Shown: one piece after another, positions 12,546 through 24,936 of the stretch
Numbering within the stretch: the first letter of the stretch is position 1
Layout: every line of letters begins with the position of its first letter
Source: Octopus sinensis
Taxonomy: Eukaryota
Assembly: GCF_006345805.1 (NCBI RefSeq)
Contig: NC_043004.1
Span: 64,604,001 to 64,668,000 of the forward strand
Length of the DNA stretch: 64,000 nucleotides
Direction: 5' to 3'
Made by a program: the position numbers and the translations under genes
The notes under the pieces: model-generated
Databases searched by the model: none
What the model was told of the DNA's origin: nothing
What the model saw: the letters and a program-made list of their open reading frames with translations, nothing else

Positions 12546-13344
12546 TTCCATAGTAATGGACCTTACTACTCCACTACTTTCTCTCTCTCTCTCTCTCAAA
12601 GCATGTACCCTCCCCACCTATGTTAATTCTTAGTTATTTGATTTCTTTTATTTTTTCATTAATTTACTTTTTTAATTGTCATATGGACATTAAGTGACAG
12701 AGCTTGAGGTTTTTATTCTTTTTTATCAAACATATGGTGTCTATGTAATACCCACGTGGGATGGGGTGAGTCCCCTCTTAACTCCTAAGCCGAAAAGTGT
12801 GCAAAAGATTAAGAACAAAGGACTGAAGGGGTTTTTAGGCTTTTTTTTATATTTTATATCATGAAACATTGGGGAGTTGAGTTAGTGAATAGGGGCTAAG
12901 TAAGGTGGGGGGAGTGAGTGCATAGGGGATTATGTAAATCTGTATGCCTGTGTGTGTAAGGGGGTGGAATTAATATGGATGTAGACGGGGATTATATAAA
13001 AGTGTATATATGTGTAGATTTATATTCAGGTGTTCCCTGTTAAGTTTACATGCATTTACAATTATGATACGATGTATATGTGAGTGTATATATATGTATG
13101 TATGTTTGTGTGCATGTGTGTAGTGTTCACATATTTACATATGTAGATACATGGGTATATTAATTGTATGTATAGTTTTATACATGCTTGTGTATAAGAT
13201 TACTTATATTTGTCCATAGCTGTTTGCCGTTGTGTGTTGTAGTTCTTAATCTAGCCCCAGGTAAGCTCTGAATGAAGCATTCCGGCCTTGACCACCCCAT
13301 TTGAATTTCAGGCATTTTATATTATGTGTGTGCGTGTGTGTATG

Positions 13345-13565
13345 TGTGTGTGTAAATGCTACTCTTCTAAATGGAAACCTTACCAGCCATTGTGGTTTTG
13401 TGGCAACAAAGCCAAGCATGCCTTGCCATCCACCCAAGAAAATGATTCACAAGCACTCGAGCAAACTGAGTCCTCAACTCGTTCCATTTGCCAAAAAGGT
13501 TTGCAAGGTGCCAGCAGGCCTCAAAAGACATATTCCTCTCCATAGAACACGATTACCACTTTACT
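13345..13565 (+). mobile_element. Degenerate RTE/BovB-like ORF2 C-terminus with zinc-finger remnant
   Basis: Joining two frames across GCCAAAAAGGTTTGC gives ...SICQK/VCKVPAGLKRHIPLH, resembling the Cys/His finger at the end of BovB-type RTE ORF2 (inference). Confidence 0.45.
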
Positions 13566-13633
13566 TTACTGAACCCTCATTTTCTATTCACGACAAGAGA
13601 ATTCATCACACACACACACACACACACACACCA

Positions 13634-13667
<34 letters not shown>

Positions 13668-14242
13668 ATATACAACCATCTAAGAATCCATAAGTCAGGA
13701 AAAATGCACTCATATAATTATCAGTAAAGTGGGTATATTAATCGAATATAATACTGTAGACTTCAATTAATAGATATAATTAAAATAAATATCATTTACA
13801 GAAGAACTATATGTGTGTGTGTGTGTGTGGATTTGTATATATATATATATATATATAGCATTGTGAGGGGATTTGATAGACGAAAATTGGATGAAGCATA
13901 TGGGTTCATGTCTCTCTCCCTTAATATCTCTTGCTATTTGTAAAGAAATGTCACCGACAGACGAACAGTATCTTTCTCTTGCGGTATCCTGCATTGGAGC
14001 TAATGGCCATTGTGCTTTTGCATTTAAGGGACAGGGGCAAATATTATCATTACTTGAAAACAAATGTGAGTCTGTAACAGGAAGAGAATCCGTCCGTTGA
14101 AATTCTACCTCACTAAATTTCACCTGACAGATGCAAGCATGGCAAAGTGGAAGTTAAAATGATAACAAAGATACATTGATGTATATAAAGATAAGCTATG
14201 CATTATATTAAAATTTGTGACTCATTATATATATGTGTATAC

Positions 14243-14273
<31 letters not shown>

Positions 14274-14291
14274 TGTATATATACATGTATG

Positions 14292-14345
<54 letters not shown>

Positions 14346-15340
14346 GTGTACCTGTACACATATATGGGTGGGGATAGTTTTTCTTTTGCATATATTGAAA
14401 AACACAAAAGTGCTGAAGATTTATCTTTTTAATTAAAGATTGTTCCTCGCATTTCCTTATGAGGTATTTGTTTATTTGGGAACCATAAAGAAGTTCCCAA
14501 ACTAAGAAGGAAATATGAAGAAAAAATTCTTTAATAAAATATCATAAAACATGAGAACAGTCATCATTCTGTTAAATATAACTTGTTTAGATGGGGAGGA
14601 AATTGCAGAATCAGTAAACCGCTGGGCAAATTGGCTTTGCAGAATTTAGCTGCATATCTTTACATTAGGAGTTCATATTCCACCAGAGTAGATATGTTTT
14701 CCTGTTTTTTTCCCTTCATTTTTTTTCTTTCATCCTTCAGGGGCTTGATAGAAATAAGCATGAGTTGAGGATAGTAGTTGATTTAATCAGATATATCCAT
14801 TCCTTCAGATTTGAGGGACCCAAGTGCCTATCAAAAATCAAGATAACATGTTTAATTGAAGAATTTGTGCATGGCTGCATGTGGAGTCCTTGGCTTATGG
14901 GAGTGTCTATGTAGGATTTGCTTGTATGAATGTATAATTGTGTGTGTATACATATGTGCATGTGTGTGTGTGTACATATATTTGTATGCATGTGCATATG
15001 TGTGTATAAATATGCGTATGTTTCTATGCAGGTGCATATGTGTGTATATATGTGTCTGTGTGCATATATATATAGATAAATAGATAGATAGATAAATAGA
15101 TGTAGATATATATGTTTGCATATATACATGGATGCATACACCTATATTTCAACTTTTATTCTTAGATATCTAAGAAAAGCATTCAAACAGAAAGAAAAAA
15201 AACAGTTATTCTTTTTTTAACTAATGAAATTAATGGGAAAATGTAATTTAGACATGTCAACTCTTTCCATAGATGTAATTATAAATAGTAGAGCAAAACA
15301 CTACTTTTCAAAAAAAAAACATGACACATAATTGGGTGTG

Positions 15341-15645
15341 TATGTGGTGAAGGCACATGGCTCATTGGTTAGGGTATTCAGCTCTCGATTATAAGGTCAT
15401 GAGTTCAATTCTAGCAGCACATTTTGTCCTTGAGCAAGACACTTTATTTCTTGTTGTTCCAGTCTGCTCAACAGGCAAAAATGTGTTGTGCCTATAATCG
15501 AAAGGGCCCAGCATTGTCCCCTTCTGTGCCCTGCTGAATCTCTTTGAGAACTACATTAAGATTACTACACATGCGTCTGTGCAGTGCTTGCACATCAATT
15601 TCACAAGCTGGCTATTCCATTCCCTAGATTGACTAGAACAGGCTG
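15341..15645 (+). mobile_element. tRNA-derived SINE, family B
   Basis: A box TGGCTCATTGG, B box GAGTTCAATTC, core CCTTGAGCAAGACACTTTATTTC. Related pieces lie at about 32880-33000 (+) and 33250-33390 (-). Confidence 0.75.
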
Positions 15646-16019
15646 TCTGTGTATATTTATAAGTGTATGCCTATGTATATGCATACTTAATTTCACTCCC
15701 AAGCCTTATTAAGTAACACTTGTCCAAGGGATCAAATCCAAGATCACACACTTACAAAATAAGCTGTTTTTACTGCAAAACCATACCTACATACTATGCA
15801 TGCGTATGTGTATATATTTATGTATGTATACATATGTGTGTCTGTAAATACATGTTTTCATATATGTGGATATGGATATACCCATATGTATACATACACA
15901 CACATATGTACATGTGTGTGTGTGTGCATGTGTTTTTATATGTGTAAGTATATAAATATATGCATGTTTACATATACACATAAATATATACATACATACA
16001 TACATACATATATATATAT

Positions 16020-16060
16020 AATAATGAAATTATTGTATACAGTGCTCAAATGCACCACAT
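16020..16060 (-). mobile_element. Extreme 3' stub of the CR1 family at 10981-12545
   Basis: ATAATGAAATTATTGTATACAGTGCTCAAATGCACCACA is near-identical to 10993-11031. Confidence 0.8.
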
Positions 16061-16383
16061 ATATATATATATGTACACGCACACACACATCAAATGAAAC
16101 TGAAAATTGAGACAAATATATTAAAAGTAAAAAAAAAATGCAGATGAATATTATTTACCAAAACAAGAATTTCCTCCCCTCTGTACTCTCCCTGCCACCC
16201 ACCCCCATAAGCTCACCAACAGACAACAAAATATGATATATTTTATAAACTAGGCTAAAAAAAGAAAAAAAAACAATTATCTTTGGCAAAACACTTCTAA
16301 AAACCAATAACACTGTGGAAATAAATCAGAAATAAGGACTTCCAGGAAAAATCTAGTAATAATAATAATAATAATAATAATAT

Positions 16384-16414
<31 letters not shown>

Positions 16415-17141
16415 CACAAAAACAGCTGCTATAATAATAATGAGGATAATAAATGCGAAAAAAATTTATCTTTCTATATATGTGTTCATACACTATTAGT
16501 ATTTACCTATTACATTTTTAAAAATAGGTTTTTATAGAAATACACACATTTATGTACATGTATACACACACACACATAAACATCTCTCTCTCTCTCTCTC
16601 TCTATAGATATATTTATATATATATATATGAGAGAGAGAGGGATTGTGTATACATGTGTGTGCCTGTGTTCATTTTTCAGAAAACCATACATAATAGGAA
16701 AATACTTAGCCCCCAAAACAACAACAACAGCAACAATGTAAAAAAAAAACCTGTTTATTTTTGAACTTTGAGATTTTAATGAAATTTATATTTACAAGAC
16801 ATTCATATTTACATGTATTTTCTTTTTTATTTTTAGTTTGTTTATTTGCTTATAAATTCCTTTATGGTGTTCTTGTGTTGTTATTTTTGTGATTTTTTTT
16901 AATGTTGCTGAACATTGGACAAGACTAATTGATAAACTGATACCGAAATTTTATCAAATAATTAACACAAAAATTTTTTTAAATCACGCACCAGAGAAAG
17001 GGAGACGGCTTCTGAATCTCAAATTAGATACCAACCATTATTTTTGTATAGTGTGTGTGTGTGTCTGTCTGTCTGTCTTCTGAATGACTGCATGATGGCT
17101 TTGTTCAATGTTTTTTGTGTATGTGTGTGTGTGTATATATA

Positions 17142-17183
<42 letters not shown>

Positions 17184-17431
17184 GTACATGAGTGTGTATA
17201 TACATATGTGTGCATATATTTTATGCCTATGTGAATGTATATGTAATATATAAATGTGTATGTATGCGTGTACATATGTTTGTGTGTGTGTGTGCATACA
17301 TGTATAGCCTATGCTTACTATGTCTATATACATGTGAATGTATATGTAACATATACATGTGTATGTGTGTATATATCTTTATCTATGTATGATGCTTATG
17401 TGTGTGTATGTATGTGTGTGTGTGTGTGTGT

Positions 17432-17773
17432 GTGTGGCACCTTGGGCAAATGTCTTCTATAGCCTCAGGTCAACCAAAGCCTTGTGAGTAGATTTGGTAG
17501 TTGGAAACTGAAAGAAGCCTGTCGTATATGAGTGTGTGTGTGTATGTATTTGTGTGTCTGTGTTTGTCCCCCCACTGTCACTTGACAACTGATGCTAGTG
17601 TGTTTACGACCCCCATAACTTAGCAGTCTGGCACAAGAGACTGAAAAATAAATACTAGACTTACAAAGAATAAGTTATGGTGGCGGGGGGGGGGGCGGAT
17701 TTATTCAACTAGAGGGGTGGTGCTCCAGCATGGCTGCAGTCAAATGACTGAAACAAGCAAAAGAATAAAAGAA
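17432..17773 (+). mobile_element. SINE-A lacking its 5' head
   Basis: GGCACCTTGGGCAAA...GAAACTGAAAGAAGCC (GT)n ...CCAGCATGGCTGCAGTCAAATGACTGAAAC. Confidence 0.88.
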
Positions 17774-18265
17774 TGTGTGTGTGTGTGTGCATGAATATGT
17801 ATAGAGACACACGTGGATGCTGTAACACAGGACTAATTACTTATCACAAAATGTTAATTTGCCTATTCTGGGACAATTTAGTTATTAAATAAATTAGATA
17901 ATTACTTTATATTCATAGTTTTGTTTTATTGTTTTTCTATATATTTTCTTACATTTTCTTTTTAACTTTTTCCTTATTTTTTTACAAACTTTTTTGTTAT
18001 TGCTTTTTTTATCCTATTTTTTGTTTGTTTCCAATATATTGCTGTACTACTGTCCATGATAAAGAGGCCCTTTATTTGTCCTTGATGGCTGTTGCCTTAT
18101 TAGGAAGTCTCATTTCATTCCATATATATACTTCAGTTTTCTGTTTTCTCTTTTTTATTTTTCAACTATATTGACCAGTGACCACACCAATTTAATAAAA
18201 ACTGTCCTTGTAAATTTTCCATCATTCAGTGCCCTTAAGGTTAATTTTTAAATATCTTTATAATT

Positions 18266-18626
18266 ATTATTACCTCCATCTTAGCGAAGGCAGAAGTATT
18301 GTTTTCAGTCATGTTTGTTTGTCTGTGGACAAGATATCTCAAGAACCGCTGGATGGATTCGGATGAAACGTTCTGGGATTTTTAGCCTTGTGACTTGCAT
18401 GAACTGATTAGATTTTGGGATCAATCTGGTACCAGACAAGGTTTCTAGATTATTTTTCCATTTTTTTTACTTAATTTTTGAGAGCGGTCAGGTTCATTTT
18501 TAGTATTCTCATTTGTGAGAACAGTCGAGTTTATTTCAGATATTCTCATTTTAAAAATCATCTCCAGCTAATCGTTGAGAGGACGTTGGTGTTGTCTTGA
18601 CAGAGGTTTGCGCTCTCTGTCTGCTC

Positions 18627-18630
<4 letters not shown>
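18266..18630 (+). mobile_element. Non-autonomous Helentron-type element (HINE/DINE-1-like)
   Basis: Starts TTATTACCTCC; internal GTTTGTTTGTCTGT microsatellite and GATATCTCAAGAACCGCTGGATGGATT; decayed subterminal inverted copy (GACAGAGGT) followed by a decayed 3' hairpin (GCGCTCTCTGTCTGC) and TT. This layout is typical of HINEs. Confidence 0.6.
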
Positions 18631-18662
<32 letters not shown>

Positions 18663-18699
18663 TATTATTATTATTATCATCATCATCATTATTACTATT

Positions 18700-19146
18700 A
18701 TTAAGGCAACAAGCTGACAGAATTGTTACAAAGCTGGGTAAAATGTTTAGTGGCATTTCTTCTGACTCCACTTTCTGAGATCAAATGTCTCCTGAGCCAA
18801 CTTTGCTTCTCATTCTTTTGGGGTCGATAAAATAAAAACCAGTTGAATACTTTAGCCAATGTAATCAATTTACCCCACCCCCAAAATTACTAGCTTTATG
18901 CCAAAATTTGAAACCATTATTATTGGTATTCAAGATAACGAGCTGTCAGGATCGTTAGCATGCCGACCAGAAAGCTCAGCACCATTTCATCTATCTTTAT
19001 GTCCTGAGTTCAAATTCCACCAAGGTCAACTTTGCCTTTCCTCCCTTTGGGGTTCAATAAAATAAGTACCAGTTGACCACTGGGGTCAATTTAATCAACT
19101 TACACCCTCCTCTAAACTTGCTGCTGGCTTTGTGCCAAAATTGGAA

Positions 19147-19150
<4 letters not shown>
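18700..19150 (+). mobile_element. Two head-to-tail Nin/Deu-domain SINEs in (TTA)n
   Basis: Copies at about 18700-18920 and 18935-19150, each with GAGTTCAAAT-type B box, TTTCATCCT-like core, GGGTCRAT/AAAATAA and a TGTGCCAAAATTTGAAAC-type tail ending in (ATT)n. Confidence 0.85.
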
Positions 19151-19180
<30 letters not shown>

Positions 19181-19390
19181 TTACAATTTTGTTTCCACTT
19201 CTTGCTGAGTGTCTTCCTGACACCTAGAGCAAAGAAACTCACTGTATACATTGGTAGGCCTTTAAAATAAACACACAAGATTGTTCATTTAAAAAGTCAA
19301 GATATGTGGTGAAAAAAAAGAAAACAGAAAGAAAGAAAAAGGGAAAAAGGAAAAAATAAAGATAAAAAATAGAAAAAAATGAACAATAAC

Positions 19391-19440
<50 letters not shown>

Positions 19441-19441
<1 letters not shown>

Positions 19442-19790
19442 GGTGGCAAGTTGGTAGTCGTTGGCATGCCGGGAAAAATGCTTAGCGTCATTTCATTTGT
19501 CTGCACGATCGGAATTGTGGTCAAAGGATTGCGAGTTTGAATCTCAGACCGGGCGATGTGTGTGTTTCTGAGCAAAACACCTAAGCTCCACGCGGCTCCG
19601 GCAGAGGGTAATAGTGAACTTCTGCTGACTCTTTCGCCACAACTTTCTCTCACTCTTTCCTCCTGCATCTTGCAGCTCACCTGCGACGGACTGGCATCCT
19701 GTCCAGGTGGAGAACCTATACGCCAAGGAAACCGGGAAACCGGCCCTGATGAGCCAGGCATGGCTCGAGAAGGAACAAACAACAAGTATA
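19441..19790 (+). mobile_element. Chimeric SINE: Nin-SINE head joined to a family-D SINE body
   Basis: 19441-19505 is a Nin head. From about 19510 the sequence matches the 47705-48000 SINE (GAGCAAAACACCTAAGCTCCA...TGCGACGGACTGGCATCCTGTCCAG). Confidence 0.7.
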
Positions 19791-19999
19791 CACATACAGA
19801 CATACATCCAAATACATATATATTTGCATGTATATATGTTTATATATATATATATATAACATGGAAACGGGGGGGGGGGTGGAGTTGCCAACAGGAAGAG
19901 CCTCCAGCTATAAAATTATCTGCTTCAATAAATTCCATGTAAACCATGCAACAATGGAAAAGTGAGCATAAAACTGATGATAATGATGATATTTATAGT

Positions 20000-20360
20000 T
20001 TCTTGTTTAGTCACTGGACTGCGACCATGCTGGGGCATTTCTTTAAGGGTTTAGTTGAACAAACTGACCTCAGTTCTTATCTTATATTTGATACCTATTC
20101 TATCTCTTTTGCCAAACCAATGAGTTACAGGGCCACAAACAAACCAAAACTTGTTATTTAACAGTGAAGAGGACACACACACACACACACACACCTTTAC
20201 ATAGTTTCCATGGGCTTCTACATAGTTTCCATCTGCCAAATTAATTCACAAGGCATTGGTCAATTCAGAACTATAAAAGATACTTGCCCAAGGTGTTGTG
20301 CAGTGGGACTGAACCTGGATCCCCATTACTGCCAAGTAAGCTTCTTAACCACCCAGCCTT
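20000..20360 (-). mobile_element. SINE-A, full length
   Basis: Reverse-complement tail at about 20005-20045, (CA)n at 20172, head ending GCTTCTTAACCACCCAGCC. Confidence 0.85.
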
Positions 20361-20938
20361 CATGTGTGTATACATACATATTATCAATGTCTGACTTTTG
20401 AGTTTTTTGTGGGTTTTTTTTAATCTCTCTTATGTATTCATAATATATTCTTTTAGTTTTCTGATCGGTTGTTTTTGTCTTAATCTAATCTGGCAGAGCT
20501 TGAAATAATCAGCGTTGTCTTTTTAATGAAACTTTAAGATATTGTGGGAAGTGTGGGGAGTTGATGGGTGAGAGCGACGAAATTAAATTTTGAAACATTT
20601 GCGAAAAGTCAACAAAAGAATATAATTAAGATAATTTGAGAAAAATTAAAGCTAAAAAATAAAAAGCTGAACTTTAATACAAAGTTTTTTTAAAAAGAAA
20701 AATAACCTTTTTCATTATTAGAACACACATAGGTGTGTGTGTGTGTGTGTGAAATGTTTGTGTAGCCAATAAAGGTGTATAGATGTGTGTGTGTCATGGT
20801 GGTGCCCCAGCATGACCATAGATGAATGAATGAAACCAGGAATGGTGTATGTATGTCGTGTGTGTATGAGACGTGTGTAATGTATATGATGTATATGTTG
20901 TGTGATTGTAAATATATATATATATATATATGTATGTA

Positions 20939-21768
20939 TAATCAGGTGCGATGAATAAACTGTCGTCTAAATTATGCAAAAAGGAAAATAACACTGACGT
21001 CTCATTTTAACAGATGTATTTACCAAAATTACATTAAAATATCTTAAAATACTAAAATATAAATTCATTCAATAAAATCACCATTGGCTTCAACCATGGT
21101 CTCCAGACGACTTCAGAATCTCCTGCAACTCTTCTCAATACTCTCCTTTTTTAAGTTGGTGAATACTGCCATAATCCTTGCCTTCAGTTCCTCCTTGATG
21201 TTACAAGGAGTTTTGTTGGTCTCTTGCTTGCCTGTGCCCCACATATAATAATCAAGGAGGTTGCAGTCTGGGGAGTTAGGTAGCCAGATGTTTGGGGTGA
21301 AGTTACAGAAATAGTCTGACAGCCATCACTGGGATCTCCTGCATGTGTGGCATGGGGCAGAGTCCTGTTGCCAGACACAGGGTCTTCCAGCAGCCACCCT
21401 CTTCACCCAAGGCAGCACTACTTCCTCCAGACACTTGATGTAGGCCTCTGTGTTGTGTCTGAGGCTGTGTTGACTGGATGTTTGATTTTTATCACTCTCG
21501 GTACATGTCCTCAGATTGCACTGTCTTCAGATTGACACCCAAACACTCTGTAATGTTTGTATTAGAGCTTCCAGCAAGAATGCCAAGCAGTACAGCATGT
21601 CATTTCCAAATTTCTGGCAGAGTGAATTGTGTCATGGTGCTGTTTTTCTCACAGATGGTGCCCAACAAACCCTACTATACTGTGTAGTTGAAAAAATCAA
21701 AAACAAACAACGTGCATGCATAAAATTAAGAATATAAAATGGCAACAATTTACCCATTGCACCCTGTA
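20939..21768 (-). mobile_element. Internally deleted Tc1/mariner maT-type (DD37D) transposon with both TIRs
   Basis: Minus-strand translation gives YIKCLEEVVLPWVKRVAAGRPCVWQQDSAPCH...IWLPNSPDCNLLDYYMWG...MVEANGDFIE* with internal stops. There are 36 residues between the 2nd and 3rd D. Degenerate TIRs lie at about 20941-20975 and 21735-21766, with TA flanks. Confidence 0.85.
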
Positions 21769-21930
21769 TCTATCTATCTATATATACTCTTTTACTTGTT
21801 TCAGTCATTTGACTGCGGCCATGCTGGAGCACCGCCTTTATATATATATAAATTTCATATATGTCATGTGTTTATGTGTATATATATGACGTATGCTATG
21901 TGTATATATATATATGTATAAATATATATG

Positions 21931-21968
<38 letters not shown>

Positions 21969-22344
21969 GTGTGTGTATGTATATATATAATTAAACATCT
22001 TTATTATGTAAATTGTACAAATTATTGTTTAATTAATTGTGCAAGTCAAAAGATCAGGAAATAATAAATTATATAAATAACTAAATAATCAAATTTTTTT
22101 TCTTTTTCTTTTGCCACTACATAAAATTTTGACAGATTTAGTTCTATTTTGATACAAATTTTGTGTATAGCTTTCACCCCGGTGCCCCCCAATCTAGTAT
22201 CTTTTCAACTAAATTTAGGTATATATATGATAGGGAGTGAATTGGCTTAGTCATAAGTGCACTTTATAAAATGCTTTGTACTGTTTATTTCTCCAGTACT
22301 CTGTGTTCAGGGTTCAAGTCCCAATAATACTTTATTTTTTTTTC

Positions 22345-22900
22345 ATCTTTTACTTGTTTCAGTCGTTGGACTGTGGTCATGCTGGAGCACCACCTTGAAG
22401 AGTTTTAGTCAAATTGACCCCCCCCCCCACTAGTGGTTACAAAGCGAGCTTCTTAACCACACAGCCATGCCTGTATTTAAGGTCAACATTTTTTTTTATC
22501 CTAGTTTCAAAGACAATAAATAAATGCCCACCCAGGATGATGGACTGGCAGAATTGTTAGAGTTGCCCAAGTACATCTGTGATTTAGTAGTATTCCAACC
22601 ATGACCAATCCACTAATTTTTTTTTCTAGAGGATAGTCAGAATAATATCAGCTATTGTGTGCCCTTTCTTTTAGTCTTTATTCTCTTTTACTTGTTTGAC
22701 TGTGGCCATGCTGGAGCACCACCTTAAAGGGTTTTAGTTGAAGAACTCATCTCCAGGATTTATTCTTTGTAAGCCAGGTACTTATTCTATCAGTTTCTTT
22801 TGCCGAAATGCTAAGTTACAGGGATGTAAACGCACCAACATCAGTTGTCAAACAATGGCAAGGGTACAAATGCAGAGACAAAGACACATACACATATACA
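22345..22900 (-). mobile_element. Two SINE-A fragments (22345-22472, internally deleted; 22680-22900, 3' half)
   Basis: TTACTTGTTTCAGTC...CCATGCTGGAGCACCACC tails and SINE-A body sequence. Confidence 0.8.
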
Positions 22901-22928
22901 CACATATTTATATATATATATATTCAAA

Positions 22929-22964
<36 letters not shown>

Positions 22965-22999
22965 GCGTGTGTGTATATATATATATCCAAAATGTAACC

Positions 23000-23190
23000 A
23001 CATGTGAATCATTGGCAATTTTCTTCCTCCATCTTCCCTTCTATTGGACTTACCTCGGTTTCTGAAGAAGAGCGTCTGCTTGAAACATTAAACCATCTTT
23101 CTTTCCTTCCTGAATATCTCCTAATACATTACATGTACCATGTTCCTCACTTTATTGTGTTTTTGTGTTTGTTCTTTTTGGGATTTACTA
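23000..23190 (+). mobile_element. ~190-bp Penelope-like (pLTR/retrozyme-like) fragment, copy 1
   Basis: Homologous along its length to 28900-29090 and contains a hammerhead core. Confidence 0.65.
23057..23094 (+). ncRNA. Minimal type-I hammerhead ribozyme (slightly decayed)
   Basis: GGTTT-CTGAAGA-A-GAGC gtct GCTT-GAAA-CATT-AAACC: helix I GGTTT/AAACC, core CUGANGA, helix II, GAAA. Confidence 0.72.
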
Positions 23191-23214
23191 TATATGGACA
23201 TACATACATACATA

Positions 23215-23375
23215 CATGATGGGCTTCTCTCAATTTCTATCTACCAAATCCACTCACAAGGCTTTGGTTGGCCCAAGGCTATAGTAGAAGACATGCCCAA
23301 GATGCTATACAGTGGGACTGAACCCGGGACGATGTAGTTGGAAAGCAAGCTTCTTACCACACAGCCACGCCTGTT
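23215..23375 (-). mobile_element. SINE-A 5' half ending at its internal microsatellite
   Basis: Head only, followed (minus sense) by (ATGT)n; no 3' half is visible. Confidence 0.8.
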
Positions 23376-24243
23376 ATTTTCTTTTTTCTTTAAATTGATG
23401 GGGTGTTTGATTTGAGGGAGATTTAAATGCTATTGATATTCTTGAGAGTCAACCAACCCATATGACAGTCTTTCTTCTTGTAAACTATTGAGCTGTCTGG
23501 ATCAGAGATCACAAATTAGATTTTTGTTTTTGTTTTTTTTTTAATTTTGTTTTTTTTCTGTGTGTATGTGTGTGTTTTGTTTTTATTTCATGATCTTGTA
23601 ATCTTGTTTAACAATGTATTGTTACAGCAATCATCTGTTTTGATAGGAGAAAATCTTAAGCTAGCCAGCCAAATCAAATTATCTTTATTTATTTGTTCAA
23701 CGCTTGTTTAAACCCAAGGCACAGAAGTAAACGATTAACAAAAACTTCTCATCAACCACCACCACAACAACAACAACACCAATATTAACAATAACAACAA
23801 CGATAATAATAACAATAATGATAATAATTTCTTTTATCTTTTATTGGCCACAAGGGTCCGAGACATTGGAGACAATCGAAGTATGAATTGCAAAAACAGC
23901 TGAGTTGATTTATATGGAGTAAAAAACAAAAAGAGTGAACTCAACATCAATAACAAATAGCAATCATACAGGAATAACAATGAGAAACAATAAATAACAT
24001 AATAATAATAATAATAAACTTCATTATTTCATTATTGGCCACAAGGGTTTAAGCATGGAACACAAAACATGCAGTGGATGTACATAAACAATAATAATCA
24101 GTGAGAATGCACCATTTCATTCTTCAAGTTTAATTACTGTAATCGTTTACTAATGACTAATTTGGTCAAAATTTAGTTATTATTTTGAGATGGAGCTTAT
24201 TTTTTTTCTATCTCAGACCTACATATTTGAGATAATTTGAACT

Positions 24244-24274
<31 letters not shown>

Positions 24275-24936
24275 TGCTCTCCTCCACATACCTATATATT
24301 TGAAACAGAGTGATCTTCTCTCTCTCTCTCTCTCTTTCTCTCTCTCCCTCTCTCCCTCTCTCGATTGCAAATTTACTGATTTAGTTTTACATTTCAGACA
24401 GATTGAGCTCATCAGTCTTTATTACTCATCAAATTAATTGCAGTTTAGTACCTTAAGAACAAATAATTTACCACTGCTCTCTCTTTCCCCCATCCACCAT
24501 CCCTCTTTATCTGCTCACTCTGTCTTTTCTCTCCCTCTCTATTTCTCTCTCATGCATGCACTCACAAGATGACAACAACAACAACAACAACAACAACAGC
24601 AACACTCCCATCAAAATATGCACCACCTATAAATCAAAGGATTCTGTCACTGATTCACCTCATGAATTATGTGCCTGTGGAATACACAGCCATTATACAT
24701 TAATTTAACAAATAGGTCATTCAGTTTCTCAAAGAATTCGATTATTGTCAAAATCACCAGACGATCCTTAATAAAAATAATAATAATCATAATAATGATG
24801 GACTCGCCTGTCAAAGACAATGTATGAGCTGAAGCTGAACGACCTACACAAATGATTTGTTTATTGTGATCAAGTGCTCGTGCCACACATTCGCTCACTC
24901 ACTCCATCAAAGCGACGTTGTCTGAACAGGTGCACT

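Noticed and set aside
24866-24895. GTGATCAA matching the G3:C8 core
   Set aside because: No GAAA or helix I/III follows; a chance match.
24600-24930. TCF/Sox-like motif cluster as an enhancer
   Set aside because: Short AT-rich motifs are expected by chance, and conservation cannot be assessed here.
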